Below are positions 39,101 through 51,790 of a DNA stretch of 64,000 nucleotides, one piece after another. Position numbers and translations under genes: made by a program. Numbering within the stretch: the first letter of the stretch is position 1; each line of letters begins with the position of its first letter. Source of the DNA: Perna viridis (lineage: Eukaryota). The DNA lies in assembly GCA_037379345.1 (NCBI GenBank), contig CM074518.1:16120001-16184000 (forward strand), written 5' to 3'. The notes under the pieces were generated by a model, which saw only the letters and a program-made list of their open reading frames with translations, was not told the DNA's origin and did not search any database.

Positions 39101-40718
39101 ACCTGGGATTATTGACCATTAATTTCCTTAAAGCTGCTTTAGCTGCCAAATTTGTTAAGTTTTGATTCCACTGAATTTTGCAGATTCAATGAAAACAGTT
39201 TGTAGTAATGCAATTGAAGCAATAAATCTCGATAATGCCTTCAGAATATTGTGAAAACAACGTTTTGGTAATCAAAGAAGATCGATCGTTCAAATCTAAT
39301 TATTTTTCGCCATTATTTCCGAATATTGCCGACATGACATTCACCTGGGTTAAAAATACTTTCACCTTGATTAAATATAGCAATAAAGGATACGCAGGTA
39401 AGCACATGTCTTGTTTTCATTTCATTTCATCATTTTCTGGATTACTTTTCAAATAAATAATGACAATTACTGACCACATTTGTGCCATATTATATAATTA
39501 TACGTGAATTACAAAAGGATCCTTGCGTTTTATTCGATTTTTTTTTTCGTTTACGGAAAGCATGTCTTCCTTGCCGTTGATTAACTACTTTCGCTTTGCA
39601 ATCATATGTTTGTTTGTTTTTTTTTTAGAATCGACTCTTACAGCACATTCGCGAATTTAGGTCACCAGAAGTTACATGCATACGAACTTTATTTAAGTCG
39701 ACTTTTTTGTCTTGCAAGACAATATATGTATCGAGACCTATTTCATGTATTTAATTCATTTTATTTGTGGATATCAAATGAAATTATACACGAAAAGTAC
39801 AATTTCATAGAAAGTTAAGGCAAAGTTAAGGCATACTTCAACAGAGACTATTTTTTTTACGAAAATGACAGCTGAAGCAGCTTTAACTTCACCATATTCT
39901 CCCTGCATATCTTAATTTTCATTCGAGGAATAACCGCTATAACCTTGGTTCCCTTGATTACTCTTTGACAACATATTCTTTGGAATTGGTTCCTTACCAA
40001 GAATGGACACTTACTACCAAGTACGCGCTATTATTTATCTATGCATTCCGTCTTTTTTTATGGAAACATTGATGTGTAATGCGTTTGGGTTGTTATAAAT
40101 AAAGAGTTCTCAGAGATATCACCATGATAGATGAATCGCGTACATCAAACCTTAATTAAAGAATTTTAAAGATTCAAAGACGCAAAACAAATTTTCTTCC
40201 CCAAAAAACATTTTTGTTATATATATACTGGTTTAGGAAACGAAAAGAATTTTTTGTAAACAACGGGATTTTCATTCAAAATAAATGTTCTATGAACAAA
40301 TGTAATCAACTGGTATTTATTTCGCGAACAGTAGATATGCACGTCATAGGATTGGTGTTAGTAATAACTTTTTATAATTCCATTTCAATTGATCTGATTG
40401 TGAGCAAGGAGTAATTGACTTATTCCTCTACGTGGGAACAGCCTTACCGTTTGAAAAGGCCATAGTTTGAAAACTCAGGACAGATAAGACAAGGAACGAA
40501 ATTATTTCCGTTGAATTTTCTTTGATATAACTAATCATGAAAAATTAACAAGTACAATCAATCACGTTTCTAAACTAATAGACACTCCGACAGATGTGTT
40601 TTGTCATAAAAGTTAAGTTATCACTTATACTCCTGACAAAACATAATTATCATCGGCAAATGATACATCTAGTTGGTTGGTAACTAGAAAAAAAACAAAA
40701 ATAAATGTAAAAGTATGA

Positions 40719-41280
40719 AAGAGTAATCAAGGGAACCAAGGTTATAGCCGTAATCAAAAGAATGCAATCCAGGGACAAAGGCCAGACATGGAAAACAGAC
40801 ATACACAACAAAGAACATAAAGTAACTAAAATCATACACACAAAGTAACAAAAGGAAATGAGCAACTCGGACTCCACTGAAACCTGGGAGTATGGACCAG
40901 GTGCACCGGTATGGTAAGCGTCGTCTGCTTTTCTAGAAACACCCGCCGAGTTTATCATAAAACGTCAAGTCCGAGGTAGACAAACGAGGAAAGGAAAACT
41001 ATGACCCGTTGAATAAATCAGTTTTCATGGTGCAGATGGATACACCATAACGATCCAAGAGTTCATGATGACGGCCATAAAACTTCTGTAGTGATGACTT
41101 CAATCTTGTAGCAACATAACCCTGTTCCAGAAGCCTATTTGTTAGAGTTCTAGCGCGATACAAAAAGTCTGCGTAGTTTCGGTAAGTTCTGGCACAACGT
41201 GTGAGTTGTGATTTGAACACTCCATACGTAGGGGATGTTGCCACAGATGTCAGGAAAGTTAACAATTCTGAATGAAAAGT
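40719..41280 (-). mobile_element. 5'-truncated PLE family 1
   Basis: ..YGVFKSQLTRCARTYRNYADFLYRARTLTNRLLEQGYVATRLKSSLQKFYG..DLFNGS* plus a full UTR. Confidence 0.92.
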
Positions 41281-41294
41281 AAAAAAAATTGGAT

Positions 41295-41775
41295 TTTTTA
41301 TCGCCAACATAACTTTACAGTGCATGGACGTGTTTTTCAAAAGACGTTTGGTATTACAATAGGAACAAATTGTGCTTCTCTGCTTCTCTACCTATGCATT
41401 CAGTCCTAAAAGACTTACTTTGTAGTAAGCATCTACCTCAAAGGACTTGAGATAAAGGACACTACAGACACTATGAAGTCAGCTTTATATCTTGATCTAC
41501 ACTTAGAGGTCGTTGAAAAAGTAAAACCCATGACCGAACTATAGGACAATACGACATCTCATTCAACTTTCTTTTCAATTCTGTCAACATCCATACAGCA
41601 ATTGTGTATTGCGGTTTCATAACACAACTTATTTATTATGTCAGAGCTTGCCGAAACTGCGCGGACATTTTGTACCGTGCTAAAATTCTTACAATCAGGC
41701 TTCTGGAACAGGGTTATGTTACTGGTGCGCCATGGCCCGTGTTTTAGTGGAGTCCGGTTTTAGTAGCTTCATTTG
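41295..41775 (+). mobile_element. Older PLE RT fragment, head-to-head with 40719-41280
   Basis: GRVFQKTFGITIGTNCASLL, IYLKGLEIKDTTDTMKSALYLDLHLE, RLLEQGYV, with internal deletions. Confidence 0.8.
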
Positions 41776-41953
41776 CGTATACTTTGTAAATGCGATTGTG
41801 AATCAAACCAGACTCGGAAATTATTCGCCAGTTTCGATGATTAAATACAAATCAAATCATAAATTTTCCATAATAGGGTTGGCCATAACAGTCTGCAGAA
41901 TGGCGCCCAGACGTTTACGGAAATGATGTAATAAGGATTTCCCATAATTCATT

Positions 41954-42121
41954 GGTACTTAGAACTTGCGAAACGATAACGAAACGAAAAGAATCGATTT
42001 CGAAACGAAAAAAATCAAAACAAAATGAATCTAAACGAAATAAAAAGGGAATTTAACGACACAAGTCGAAACTAAAGAAAATGAAAGAAATCTGTAAAGA
42101 CGTTTCGCAGTTGATGGAACC
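41954..42121. mobile_element. MITE-like element with internal GAAAC repeats
   Basis: Termini GGTAC..AACTTGCGAAACG and CGTTTCGCAGTT..GGAACC are imperfect inverted repeats around CGAAA repeats. Confidence 0.55.
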
Positions 42122-42599
42122 AAAAAGTTTACCTATGTCGGACATCGCTGATCGGGATAATATGTTAGGATGAAATGATCGGTTAGCATTGAACATTTAC
42201 ATTTGTACCAGTTAACGATTCAGAACCATATATACTAATATAGGTCATATACATTAACAGGGCCCCGATATCTATAACTAGTCAGTTGTTTAATCTGGTT
42301 CCTAACCTGGTTCCTGGTCAATATCAAGATCGACAAAAATATCGCTAAGAATTTGAGTGAAACTTGTGGAACGAAGACATTACCCATACTTCCTGGTAAT
42401 CAGTTGTTTTGATTTAAAAACATTCAGGTCATCCCCGTTACAAAGGAGTAATCATACCAAAGGAACCAAGATTCCCTCGGAAGCCACCAGATTTTAGAGC
42501 ATATCGTATTTGTGCCATTTCGGATGTTGAAATCAAGCCTAAATCGGTGGCATATAATATTTGACGATTAGAGACTTTGACGAGTTCAGTCTTTGATTT

Positions 42600-45500
42600 A
42601 AACGAAAAATCGTACTACACGGAATTTGTTGATTGCTATTTTATCTATCATAATTAACTTTTCTGTCCTTAGCCTTATCATCACAAACATGAATAATTGA
42701 ATTTGTTCATTCTGGAAATCGATGATATAGTGATTTAATGAAGCGATTGATGTTTATTTCTGGCATACATGATATTTAAAGCATTGTCCATAGTTTTTTT
42801 TATAACCAGGGCAACGGGTTTTAATATGAACCCATACGTGATATATACTAACGTATGATATAACCAAATTATTACTAGAATATTGGTTCCCTTGATTACT
42901 CTTAAAAAATATCCATGCATTTTGTAAAGACTATTCATATTCAACAAACAGCAATATCGTGAAATCTTATAAACATTATAAAGGAACTTAATGTACAGAA
43001 CGGAATATTCAAATAAGCAACGCTATTATTAACGAAATAAAGAATAATTTTAAAATATAATACAATAACACAAACATTGTTACATGTAAGATGAAATGGT
43101 AACAACGCATCCTTTACATTGAGCTCTAAAGCGTACACAGATGTAGAATATTCACAATCTCACAAAATGATAGCAAAACGTGTTAATGTGATGAAAAAAA
43201 ATATTCAAGTAAAAACGAAGTCATGAAGTCCCTTCACGTGGGCTGTAGACAATGTAATCAATTATAATTCCTAAGATAAAGGACAATTGAGTCTTTTTGA
43301 CAAAATTAAAAGACCAAAGAAAGGGAAAATGCCTGAAATTTAGTTATTGGCTTATTTCTATGTATTAGTAACCTATATAATACATTTGAAATCAAGGTGT
43401 TTTATACATTTTATCCTTGTTTTACATCAGCTAAGAATATAAACCCGAAGTAAAATATCAAAGAATACGATAATTATACATGAAGCGAAAATGTTACTTC
43501 TTTGCACTTTGTACAGAGATCATTGTAGATCTAAAGATGACATATGTAACTATTTTTTTTATGATATCATATATCTGTTTTCTTCTCAATTCAAATTAAT
43601 TACATAATTGAAAAGTTTTAAACAAAAAAAAAAACACAGTATCTTTTTGCATTCCGTCTATACCGCGAGAACCTTCCATATTGTATTATAAATTGCATCT
43701 AGCAAGTATAACCTTTCAAACATGAACAGATCTTCATTACTAAATAATGAAACAAGCCAATCACGATCTGAAACATGACACAGTATACAAAATCCAACAT
43801 AGAACATTCATTTGCACAGAAATAATTGTTTCTATTGAACTATCAATTCAAAGAGAATTCATTTGAGACACATTGTCACGATAAACATGAAAACAATTTT
43901 CTCGTATTCTGTTATCACGTATAATGTGACAACTTGTCCCATGGAAACAATACGAATTCGTTTGTTTTTTTCAATTAAAAATTATCTAGAATATGAGCAA
44001 CTTAGAAAAGTGCATGTAACTTGACCATCTAATAAATTGAAGATCATTTATGGAAATGATACAGGGGCTGTTGCATTAGGCTATTAAAGATATCATAATA
44101 CATTACACTGCAAAAATATTTTTCGATAAATTTTGGGATAAAAATGCGTTTTATTCGATTACAATAAATTTGGTATGCGTTTTCTAACAAATATAGGATA
44201 TTACACCAGAAAACTGCACGTGTTAGTGAAGTTATATTTCTGAGCTTCCGATTCAAAAATTAAAATGTTCATTAAGGACTACACATAGTTTATTAATTCC
44301 AGAAATTCAAAGGGAAAATGTATCTACACCAAGATCATAGCATATGATAAATGCAATGGATAATATAGGATATAAACATGTATATTAAGCTTACCAGATT
44401 GAATTGTTTTTAATTTGTGTAGTTCACGTCAGTGTGCATAAAATTAATTTGCCAATAAGTGTTCAAAATATGCATTGATCGTATTTTGAAACTAAATAAA
44501 ATACATCATTAGAAGTGTAAATATACGTTCATAATCATCAAGTCTACGTTCTGTAAATTTCGGTTTTTAAGATTTCAATTGTGAGTGTTTGATCACCATA
44601 GATGCATAACTATAGGATATTTTCCGTTTCTTGTGAATGATCCTATCTGACAATGTTTAAGGTTTGTGTCAGACATGTTGGCACCAGTTTATGACCTTTA
44701 GCATCAGGATTTAAATACAAAATATGTCCTGTCAGAGTAATATACGTCAACTTGGCATATGATTACAGCTAGTTGAAGTACACCAGTTCCAATTTCAATA
44801 CAAATTTAGGAAGGCTAGTGAGTAATTTAAATAGCTCTTTGGGTAGAAATCTGTCCTACATTATACCCATGTTTCCTTTCTAACTACCACAGAAAACCTG
44901 TGTTATCTTTTGGATACTGAATAAAATTTGAATAGTTGTCAATTATGACAGTTAAAGGCAAATTAAAAGATTAAGGTCATCATAACTGACAGCTATTCAA
45001 AATTAAAAGACAGTGTCCAAAAGATACACAGGTGTTCTGTGGTAGTTTAGAAGGACACATTGGTATAATGTAAGACACATTTCTACTTTCAAAGCTATTT
45101 GAATTACTCACTAGCCTAGCTAGATTTGTATTGAAACTGGGACAGGTCTATTTCAACTAGTTGTAAACGTTTGAATGAACTTCATCTGGATCTGGTTTCA
45201 AATACATATATAGAAAAAAAAACGGTGTTTTTTTTATTAGTTTGGCTTTTATTCATACCATCATTATAGAACATTTTCAACATAACATTTTTAATGATTG
45301 CATTTATGTATTCCCTTATATCACTTAGACAAATACAAAATTACTGTAACATATGCTGATATACCGCTGAATTTGTTTATCGATTTTTAATTTCAGAAGC
45401 GTTGTAAACACAATTTTCAAAATGCTGGTGAAGGAGAAATCAATAAATGGAAACATGTACCACCATTACTGATGTTCCAAGGCTTCAATCAAGATTAAAA

Positions 45501-46760
45501 ATGTAATGGGGCATGTGGTAACGAATTCAGCTTATGCATAGATTGTTCTCTACGAACCATTCGTGTATGTCTTTTTTTATAACTATTATTTTATTTTACT
45601 TTTTTTTTTGGCGTTTGTTTTAACTCTCTTTAATAACTATGCTTTGAGGCATTTTGAAAAACAAATTACACCATTCCATACACCATACCAAATTCCATTG
45701 TATTAGTGTTGTATAGAATTTCCTTGAGTTTTACATGATGAGTAAAAATCAATGATTTCAGATAAGGGAGTCGTAAATAGAGTTAAAGGCCCAGCTGAGC
45801 GAGGAAAGATATTGGGAGTGAAATTGTGAAAACTGAAGATTTCAAGCAAAATAATATTTTCCTAATATTATTAAGGGTTGATCGACGGGTCTACCCAATT
45901 ATGAATTTTTGCATGATCTATTAAACTTCTTACAAGAACATTCAAAGCAAATAATCTTATTTTGATATTCATTCATGATAAGGAACGGTTTGTGTAATAA
46001 ACATGGACTTCATACTTTGGTTTGAACTGGCCACATTAGTATCTTTCACCGTGTCCACTGTGAATAGCGCTAACACAAGTAAGAAGGTTTTTTTTTATTC
46101 CTTTTTATTTAGTTTATGTATTTATTAACTTACAATTTAACTATATATTTTATATATTTGTATAGAATATTACTTCATTTTGGGTCACGAAATGACATAC
46201 ATAAGACCATATGTCATTGACACCTTATAACCAATGTTACCTTATCTTCCCATGTACTATAGTAGCATATTACAGTGAATAAACCGAACCTATTAATGGT
46301 CTAAAATGTAATTCTAAAGTCTAAAATTGGTTCTGCCTAATATTTAGTCGACAGAGTTTCTAGAGACCTGCGAATATATAAAACCGTAATGAAACATTTC
46401 GCTTAAGATTGAACGGCGTTTATTCAGAGATGATTTTCGTTAAAGAGTATTTCAATACATCTGATATTTCATCAACTGTTTTAGTAGCTTAATATGATTA
46501 TCCTCGTAATTAATTGAGTGACTAAGATTATGTCCAACACCTGACATATCACTGCTTGCACTATAAGTCACCCTATTCAGTCCACAGCTCCATCATCAAT
46601 TTGCAAGTCCAACAGTGGTTAGGCAAAACAAGTCCGCTGTTTACAAGGACGTAGGCAATCAATAACAATACATTAGTAATTAGTGCATTACAAAATTATT
46701 AAAGAAAAAACAAATTAATTGTAAAAAGCAAGGTCATAAATTAATTGCATTGATTCTACG
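42600..46760 (+). repeat. Copy 3 of triplicated segment
   Basis: Same collinear landmarks as copies 1 and 2. Confidence 0.8.
44766..45163. mobile_element. 398-bp fold-back MITE, Tc1/mariner-type (TA TSD)
   Basis: TA|CAGCTAGTTGAAGTA...TATTTCAACTAGTTG|TA with imperfect inverted arms of about 185 bp. The empty site GAAT-TA-AACGTTTGAA is at 21464-21479. Confidence 0.9.
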
Positions 46761-47433
46761 TTGTACAAATAACATAGAAAGTTACCAACTTTTTTCTGTT
46801 TGGCAATTTAATGTTCGTTTTTACTTCAATCCCGGAAATATTCTCCTAGAGCACGCAACCGTTTCTAGAAACATATTAAAGACGTCAAATTTTCTTTTGT
46901 CTTTGTTTTGAAAAAATCGATGACGCTGTCGCTTTTAAGACGTTTCATTGCTTAAGAGAACGAGTTACGAGGAATGCACGTTCGGTTCCTCATCATACAC
47001 GGGTCATCTCAACTAGCAAGGAGTCCTTTTCGAAAGAATTTTTTTTCCCAGTTGACCACTGAATTAGCTGTTAGTACGCGCAACAATATAAACATATTTG
47101 TGTAAAGTCTACTTATTTCACAGGTCTTGCCGGGCATATAACAAGACATTTTAACGGACAGCATTATAATTCGTTTATACTACAATATGTTAATTGGTCG
47201 GTTGCCACAAACTATTATTTTAACAAAGCATAGCTGATTTGGATCTTACTTAGTTGGAAATTAGTCAGTCTATATACTGCCATTAGTCCCGACAATTATG
47301 AACAATTAATTATATAATTAAAGAATTCATTTTGAAAATGAAAAGCGATATAGGCATGTACGCATGTATCATGCCAAAATTCTAGATCTAAAAATGAGGC
47401 ACCACATGTAATTTTCATGTATCATATTTGCAG

Positions 47434-47547
47434 GATATTTTCGTACGAATATTGCAATAAACGTTTGGAAAGTTTACTAATGAATTCTCTCCAGAATACG
47501 ATTATGGTCTTTATTCCATACATGGTTCAGTGGGATAATTCAAAAGG
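47434..47547 (+). pseudogene. Probable penultimate exon of HtrL-like gene, frame-disrupted
   Basis: tttgcag|..114 nt..AAAGG|gtatgt. The frame that joins the terminal exon reads YFRTNIAINVWKVY**..FHTWFSGIIQK(D), and TNEFSPEYDYG lies in another frame. Confidence 0.5.
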
Positions 47548-47820
47548 GTATGTTGCAACAAACATTGTATGGTTACTTGTTTGAAATGAAAAATTCCAAA
47601 CAAATAATTTTAGTATATCTAGACAGTCAAATATTAAATGGCCTTTACATTTATTTAACAGTTTCACTTTTAGATCCGCTTTGAGCAAATGTTTTTGTTT
47701 TTTGTTTGTTTGTTTTATGTTTGTTTGTTTGTTTTTGTTTTTTTGGGGGTGTTTTTGTGCGTTTGCTTGTTTTTGTTTTTTTTTTAAACAAGGTTAGCAG
47801 TCTCTACAATTTTATATAGA

Positions 47821-48135
47821 AAGAGTAATCGAGGAAACCAAGATTCTAGCGGAAATCATAAGAATGTAATCCAGGGACAAAGACCAGACATGGGAAACAG
47901 ACATACACAACAAAGAACATAAAAGAACCAAAATCATCTATATAAAGTAACAAAAGCAAATGAGCAACTCGGAATCCATTAAAAACTGGGAGAACGGACC
48001 GGGTGAACCGGTAGGGTAAGCGTCTTCTGCTTTTCTAGAAACATCCGCCGAGTTGCTCATAAAACGTCAAGTCCAGGAATACATGAAAGGGAAACTATGA
48101 CACGTTGAACAAATCAGTTTTCATGGTACGAGATG
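47821..48135 (-). mobile_element. PLE family-1 3' fragment in HtrL intron
   Basis: End of RT (MKTDLFNVS*) plus a full UTR. Confidence 0.9.
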
Positions 48136-48232
48136 TTGTAATTGATTGCTCGTATTCATAGATTTGTTTTGAAATTACTACAGTCGCTTTACATTTTATT
48201 TATATACATTTTTATTTGTATATAATTTGCAG

Positions 48233-49023
48233 ATGACAATAATGCTTCTGTTACATTTGTGACAGCTTTATATGATATTGGTAGAGGTACCTGGTCAAAA
48301 TGGACCAGGAAATTCGATACATACCTGGAATACTTCTCAAATATTGTGAAATTAAACTCACGCTTGGTGGTATTTTGCGAGGTCTCCACCAAAAAATCGC
48401 TACAACAACTATACGGAGAATTAGTGTCGCCTGTACATTTTGTGAAACTTTCATTTAAAGATTTAGAATTCTACACGTACAAACAAGCAATCAATCACGT
48501 AATGACATCTAAAGAGTTCAAAAATAATAACGCTATGTTGTCACAACCAGAAGGATTTTCCAAGTATTATGTCATTTTGATGAATAATAAACTATCATTC
48601 ATGAAGCAAGCTATTAAGAATAATATATTCAACAGTACACATTTCTACTGGATAGATGCTGGATACGGGCACGGAAACGATGCTATATTCAACGACATAC
48701 CGGGATGGATCCCTACAAAGTTACTACCTGTTTATGATAAAGTCTCGTTTATTCAGCTTAGCGATCCAGATTATTTCCGATCTTACGGTCATAAACTCCA
48801 CAAACTAGCAGTGGATCCTGCTTTTGTCGGTGGATATTTTGGTGGTCATTATCAACCCGTCATCGAACTGTACCATTTGTACAATAAAATATTCAGATCT
48901 TTACTGTTGGAAGATGTCGTTGATGACGACCAAAATGTATACTTATTTTGTTATTATGAACTTCCTAGACTTTTTCACCTCGTTCCTGGAAGTTGGTTTG
49001 ATGCATTTAAACTATTCGGATGA
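48233..49023 (+). CDS. HtrL/YibB-family protein, terminal exon
   Basis: Acceptor taatttgcag, phase 1. Reads VTFVTALYDIGRGTW..YLEYF..NKLSFMKQAIKNNIFNSTHFYWIDAGYGHG..GGYFGG..VVDDDQ..WFDAFKLFG*, the hallmark HtrL_YibB motifs. Confidence 0.88.
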
Positions 49024-50443
49024 AATGTTGATATGCGTACATGTAAATATTCTCCGCAACATCATTGGCGCGTAAATGATGATGTATTCCGTCATCACCA
49101 TTTCATAACTTTTTGTGGGCCATATATACAATTCCATAGTCGTTTATTTTCATATTGTACTCAAATAAACATATTATATTTCATGTTTATCGTCATATTT
49201 TTAGAATTGAAAATCACATGTTCTTTGTACATCAAGAAGCACCCTGGGTCGACACCATTGTTCAATAGGGTCAATTGGTTCATTTATATGTGTTAACGAA
49301 AAGGCAATATTGTAGTTAATATTGTGTTAAAATAAATTTAAATTAACGTATACTACACGTACACAGAAATATACGGTAAACCTAATAATATTGCGATGCG
49401 TTTTATTTCAAAATAAAAGTATTGCAAGGCTGTAATCGCAATATGAAAAAGAAAAACAATTGTTCAAAGATTTTCCCATTAGATTGTCCGAAAACAATCA
49501 ATTCAGCTGTATCTTAAGTGTGCAAGTATATAAAAAAGGGAATTCAGAAAGTCCTCTCAAACATTTCATCCAAAACGAGATGATATTTTTATAGAGAATT
49601 TGTTACTTGTTTTAATCAACTCATTCGAAATTACAAAGCAATCTTGCAAATTTATGATACTCTATTAGTATTCATACAACCGTATTATCAAAAGTAAGCA
49701 TATGCCAAAGAAATACGCCATTTATTCAATTTTGGCCCTTGGTCTACTTACGACAACAAAACTATTTTCGCAGATCCTGTCTAGACAACATATCAACTTG
49801 TTATTAGCAAGTGACTTAAGGTCAATTTCTTTGCAGACAATTTGTTGCCTTAAATTGTCAATTATCAAATCCCTGCTTTTCTTGTTAATATAATTGGACT
49901 AGACCCATACGTAATTTAGTCATGAATCAAAGAAGGATTTTACCAATTACAGAAGTTCACCCGTAGGTCGTAAAGCTCGATTTTCTGAACATTTATTACC
50001 GGAAGCACGTGAGTTCATTTTGATATAATTTTAAATTCTTTAATGAGAAACCGTTTATCAAAAAATGCACTTTTTAACTTTGAAATCTGTCCTGTGTTCG
50101 ATGTCATTCTCATGGTTGCAGTATCCACATACTGCACAATTAAAACTAATTTTATTGTACATGTAAATAAAATAATTAACGTTGTCTCGAATTCATTACT
50201 GACAAAGTGGGGAGGGGGTACTTGTAATAAAATCTGACATAAACTAATTTTAGGGTCATGTAGAAGATGCTACATGCTGTTTGTGTTTGATAATACTATT
50301 CCGTAAATGCCAAAGATAGCACAATTAATTAAAACATACTTCTCTATAAAGTTCATATCTCTTCAATTTGAAATGGAAATATCAAATCAAGTAAATCAAG
50401 AAAGGTAAGAATTTGAAAAAAATAACATATATTTAATTTTCAG

Positions 50444-50502
50444 ATGGCATTTCTGCTACATTGGTGACAGCTTTATATGATATTGGTAAAGGAACCTGGA
50501 AT
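50444..50502 (+). pseudogene. Truncated HtrL-like exon start, copy A
   Basis: aattttcag|AT GGC ATT.. = (D)GISATLVTALYDIGKGTWN, same phase as 48233, then homology is lost. Confidence 0.8.
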
Positions 50503-50912
50503 ATTAGTTACCATTTGACACATTATACGAATCTTTTCCGGTGCTTAAAAATGAGGAGAATTATAAATTGTTATTACTAAATATAAATCCATAACAATCA
50601 CTTCATTCCTTTTATTGCAATATAAATTATGGTCATTTCCTTTAAGTTCCTTCCCTAATGGTGGTCATTAGCGAGTATATGTTCTTAGTTGTAGACATAA
50701 CTTACAATACATTTTTTATTAGTAACCATTACAAAATATATGCTTTTCAAGCAGAGAGAGTCAAAATGGCAACACACTTGTAAGGAGATTTTTCGATGAA
50801 AATGTTCAAATATAGATGAGTATTTACTTAAATAATTTATGTTAACATTGCTGTCTTTAAAATAAAAATCTTCCTATGAAAGCAATTATATAAAAATGAA
50901 CAGTTGTTATGA

Positions 50913-51112
50913 AAGCGTAATCAAGGGAACCAAGGTTATAGCGGTAATCAAAAGAATGTAATCCAGTGACAAAGACCAGACATGGAAAACAGACATACAC
51001 AACAAAGAGCATAAAGTAACTAAAATCATACATACAAAGTAACAAAAGCAAATGAGTAACTCAGACTCCACTAAAAACTGGGAGCATGGACCATGTGCAC
51101 CGGTAGGCTAAG
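50913..51112 (-). mobile_element. PLE family-1 3' UTR fragment
   Basis: Inserted in unit A only; empty site TTATGAAA|CTTAATC at about 52217-52231. Confidence 0.9.
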
Positions 51113-51327
51113 CTTAATCCACATTTCATTTCTCTTTCAACAGTACTTTTTCCACCGTTTATTCAACCTATCAAAACATATAGTATAGTTTGACCTTTAA
51201 TTTAGGTACGAAGCGTCATCGACGTCCTACATATACCGGTATATATTCTCTGTCAAATCAAGTAAATCAAGAAAGGTTAGAATTTGAAAAAAAAAAAAAA
51301 AAGAACTAACCAATATTTAATTTTCAG

Positions 51328-51390
51328 ATGACATTTCTGCTACATTGGTGACAGCTTTATATAATATTAGCAGAGATATTGGTCAAAAAT
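51328..51390 (+). pseudogene. Truncated HtrL-like exon start, copy B
   Basis: ttttcag|AT GAC ATT.. = (D)DISATLVTALYNISRD. Confidence 0.75.
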
Positions 51391-51529
51391 GGCTACAATT
51401 GAAAGAAGAAAAATCAAAGATACTCCTTTAATCAGCATTGTGTTATCGTCATAAATGCTTTAAATGTTTGTAAAAACAATTGTCGATGCATCAAAACATA
51501 TGTACAATTAAGGAACATCAAAATAAAGT

Positions 51530-51790
51530 ACAAGACCATAATGTTCATATAGGATATAGAGAAAATAAACTTACACAATGTAGACTACATGACAAAATAC
51601 AAAACAATGACGGAAGATAAGGTAAACAAGACAGCATAAAAATACTAAAGCAATTGCAATAAGAACACAAAAAATACGGGAGTGATATTTGGTGCTCCGA
51701 AAGGGCAAGCATGTCATGCTATGTTAGCGGCATATGTCGCATTGCTGGTGAGTAAAATCCAGTGAGTTGAAATAATACGGACTATAGTCA
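51530..51790 (-). mobile_element. Diverged PLE 3' UTR remnant
   Basis: Reverse complement GCAATG..ATGCCGC..GCATGACATGCTTGCCCTTTCGGAGCACC..ATATCACTCCC..ATTGC. Confidence 0.55.

Noticed and set aside
39110-39345. Minus-strand exon-like segment with good splice sites
   Set aside because: All three frames contain stops and no homology was recognised.
48233-49023. Bacterial contamination suggested by the HtrL match
   Set aside because: The ORF starts at a spliceosomal acceptor and is embedded among host repeats.
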